Source: Nitrospirota bacterium
GTDB lineage: Bacteria > Nitrospirota > UBA9217
Assembly (NCBI GenBank): GCA_963840455.1
Contig: CAWIYV010000009.1
Location: 32,001 to 96,000 of the forward strand
Length of the DNA stretch: 64,000 nucleotides
Reading direction: 5' to 3'
The stretch's first letter is position 1, and the number at the start of each line of letters is the position of its first letter. Shown here piece after piece: positions 61,523-64,000 of the stretch. The position numbers and the translations under genes are program-made. Below the pieces are notes generated by a model. It did no database searches and was not told the DNA's origin. It was given only the letters and a program-made list of their open reading frames with translations.

Positions 61523-61769
61523 CAGTACAAAGATAACGGTGAGGGTAAACATGACTCCCGATCACAGGAAAGAACAGAATGCGTCCCGCGAGAGGCCGCG
61601 ATACGGGTATCCGCTCGCGGCAAGGGTATTATTCTCGTCGATAGACCTGATCGCCGGAAGAGCAATATCGCTTCCCTCGGTCAAGCTCATAGCAAGAGTC
61701 GAGTGAAAATGTATCACCGGGCAGAACACTGAGCGAACGCTTAAGGTCACTAGCAAGGAGGTTGTATTC

Positions 61770-64000
61770 ATGAAGCGTATTGCCGTTCTCTATTTGATGA
61801 TGGCCGTGTTCCTTGCAGGATGCGTCGCAAAAGCGCTGCCGCCGGTCCAGGTAAAGATACCGACCAGAACAATTGATTATCTGAAGGAGGTAAAACCGCT
61901 GCTCGACAAACGATGCGCTATATGCCATTCTTGCTACAATTCTCCCTGCCAGCTGAAGCTCGACTCCTTTGAGGGCGCGGACCGCGGCGCTACGAAACAG
62001 GCCGTTTATAATGCCTCGCGACTGACCTCCATGGACCCGACCCGCCTCTTTATTGATGCGCAGTCGACCGGGGAGTGGCGCGCAAAGAAATTCATCAGCG
62101 TTACCGAGAGTACTGCTGCGGACGGATGGAATGACTCGATCATGATTCAACTGCTGTCTCATAAGATGAAGAACCCGAAGAGCGAGGGAGAGTACAGTCC
62201 TGAAACGGACGATCTGACCTGCTCGGAAAACCGGAAAGAGGTGGGCGGGTACCTGAAAAAGCACCCGAACCGAGGCATGCCCTATGGTTTTCCTCCGCTC
62301 AAGCAGGAAGAGTTCGAGATCATTGCCGGCTGGCTGGTGCAGGGCGCGAAAGGCCCCACTGCAGCCCAGCAGGCTGAACTGACCACGCCGAAAGCACAGG
62401 ACGCTCTTGCCATCCAGCAATGGGAGGCATTTCTGAATCAGGACGATGCCAAGCACGCCATGACGGCCCGCTACCTCTATGAGCATCTGTTCCTGGCGCA
62501 TCTGAAATTCGGGACCCCGACCAATGAGTATTATGAATTGGTCCGTTCGAAGACCGCACCTGGCCGGCCCCTTGAGCTGATCCCCACCGTGCGCCCCTAC
62601 GACGATCCCGGTGTCGAGCAGGTCTACTATCGTTTCAGAAAGATCCACTCCACCATCGTCCATAAGACCCATATGGTCTTTGACCTTGATGATGCCCAAC
62701 TGCGGCGCTTCGAAGAACTTTTTATTCAACCGGAGTGGCTGCAACCTCCGCACCGGACAGGCTATGCCCCGAAATTGAGCGCCAATCCATTTGCGACATT
62801 CGAGCAGATCCCGCCGCGATCACGCTATCAGTTTCTGCTGGATAATTCGCTCTACATGCTCATGACCTTTATCCACGGCCCGGTCTGCAAAGGACAGATC
62901 GCCCTGAATGTGATCGATGATCACTTCTGGATCCTGTTCCTGGACCCTGATCACGATCTCAGCGTGAAGTATCCCGGTTTTCTGAAGCTGTACAACGACA
63001 AGCTGAGGATGCCCATTGAAATGGGAAGTAACCAGGGCATCTTCTCGGCGCTGACCGATGAACACAGAAAAGCGGCGGTCGAGTTTTACCGGACCCGGCA
63101 GGATTACTACGCATCGCACAACTATACCGGGCTCGGCTATGATTTTATCTGGAAGGGCGGACGTGCCTCGGATGCGCCGGTCCTCACCGTCTATCGCCAC
63201 TTTGACAGCGCCTCTGTACACAGGGGGGTGCTGGGAAATCTGCCGAAAACCCTGTGGGTCCTCGATTATCCCCTGTTGGAACGCATCTATTATGCGCTCG
63301 TTGCGGGATTCGACGTGTACGGCACGGCCGGTCATCAGTTGGCCATCCGTCATTATATGGATGAGCTGCGCGTCGAAGGAGAGAGCTACTTCCTTGATTT
63401 CCTGCCCCCGGAAAAGCGGCAGGAGTTCATGCAGTCATGGTATAAGGGTGTCGATCTTAAGGAGATGAGCTATTATCCGTCCGCCCTGCCGGCGAAAATA
63501 CCCTTCGCAACAGACGAGCCGAAACGCGAGTTCATGGAACGTCTTGTGAACGAGCACCTGTTGCCCGCAGCAAAGATCAGGTTCGATCCCATAAACTATC
63601 TGCGTGCCGGAGCTGCTTATTCACGCGTACTGGAAAAATACGAAACAAGAGACGATTATCTCCGGGCGATGACCCCCCTGTTCCAGCCTGGCGCACCCTT
63701 CCTCTCCCTGATGAATGAGCAAAATGCCAATCTCGCCTATGTGAGAATACGCCTGAAGAACGGAAAGGATGTTGCGGGTTCCATTGTCGTTAATCGCTGG
63801 CACGACAATGTCGCTTTCATGCTTGGCGAAGAGAGCCGGCTCAATCCGGCAAATGACATTGCCGACATTATTCCCGGTCTCATCGGATCCTACCCGAACT
63901 ACTTTGTTGACGTCCGGGAGGAGGACCTGCCGGACTTCTTTGAACTCCTGGCGAATTTCAAGAAAAGTCCGAAGGATCTGGAGCGGTTCGCCAAGTACGG
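61770..64000 (+). CDS. cti: Fatty acid cis/trans isomerase (heme c), 3' end outside window
   Basis: Hand-translated: AAGGAGG RBS, lipobox LAGC, CAICHSCYNSPCQLKL, RYLYEHLFLAH, IVHKTHM, GPVCKGQIALNVI and YPLLERIYY; absent from the ORF track, consistent with no stop before the window end. Confidence 0.92.
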   Translation, partial: MKRIAVLYLMMAVFLAGCVAKALPPVQVKIPTRTIDYLKEVKPLLDKRCAICHSCYNSPCQLKLDSFEGADRGATKQAVYNASRLTSMDPTRLFIDAQSTGEWRAKKFISVTESTAADGWNDSIMIQLLSHKMKNPKSEGEYSPETDDLTCSENRKEVGGYLKKHPNRGMPYGFPPLKQEEFEIIAGWLVQGAKGPTAAQQAELTTPKAQDALAIQQWEAFLNQDDAKHAMTARYLYEHLFLAHLKFGTPTNEYYELVRSKTAPGRPLELIPTVRPYDDPGVEQVYYRFRKIHSTIVHKTHMVFDLDDAQLRRFEELFIQPEWLQPPHRTGYAPKLSANPFATFEQIPPRSRYQFLLDNSLYMLMTFIHGPVCKGQIALNVIDDHFWILFLDPDHDLSVKYPGFLKLYNDKLRMPIEMGSNQGIFSALTDEHRKAAVEFYRTRQDYYASHNYTGLGYDFIWKGGRASDAPVLTVYRHFDSASVHRGVLGNLPKTLWVLDYPLLERIYYALVAGFDVYGTAGHQLAIRHYMDELRVEGESYFLDFLPPEKRQEFMQSWYKGVDLKEMSYYPSALPAKIPFATDEPKREFMERLVNEHLLPAAKIRFDPINYLRAGAAYSRVLEKYETRDDYLRAMTPLFQPGAPFLSLMNEQNANLAYVRIRLKNGKDVAGSIVVNRWHDNVAFMLGEESRLNPANDIADIIPGLIGSYPNYFVDVREEDLPDFFELLANFKKSPKDLERFAKY

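Overview
GC-rich bacterial chromosomal segment. Gene content (V-type ATPase, multiheme cytochrome, sigma-54 activator, RpoS-like sigma factor, Cti) is compatible with Nitrospirota or Desulfobacterota, but that is inference only. Positions 1-13.5 kb look largely housekeeping: V-ATPase B and D with an interposed thioredoxin/CcdA-like protein, a NosL-like protein, a frameshifted 7-heme cytochrome, a class II aldolase-like protein, PAP2, a flavin disulfide reductase and typA. After typA comes an accessory-looking region. It begins with a CheB-CheR fusion and a PAS protein. Next is a ~16 kb co-oriented putative lipid biosynthetic cluster (18.0-33.8 kb): a bCerS/YghO-like N-acyltransferase, a papain-like lipoprotein, a 2609-aa iterative type I PKS/FAS with two N-terminal FabK/NMO-like domains and no thioesterase, a PPTase, a FemAB-like GNAT, an ABC exporter and a B12-radical SAM enzyme. 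Two paralogous PAS genes bracket this cluster, and the second is a sigma-54 activator split by an in-frame TGA. Then follow a sigma-54/IHF-type promoter and a general-stress small-protein island (BON, CsbD, DUF3309, DUF3185, GGDEF-EAL, TMEM175, RpoS-like), outer-membrane proteins, PldA, a triplicated-PAS hybrid kinase and a cti gene that runs off the window end. A family of TTGAA...TTCAA twin-hairpin elements resembling non-autonomous IS200/IS605 derivatives occurs about six times and supplies coding sequence to at least one gene. No rRNA, tRNA, CRISPR array or transposase gene was recognised. All family assignments are from recognised motifs; no database search was run.
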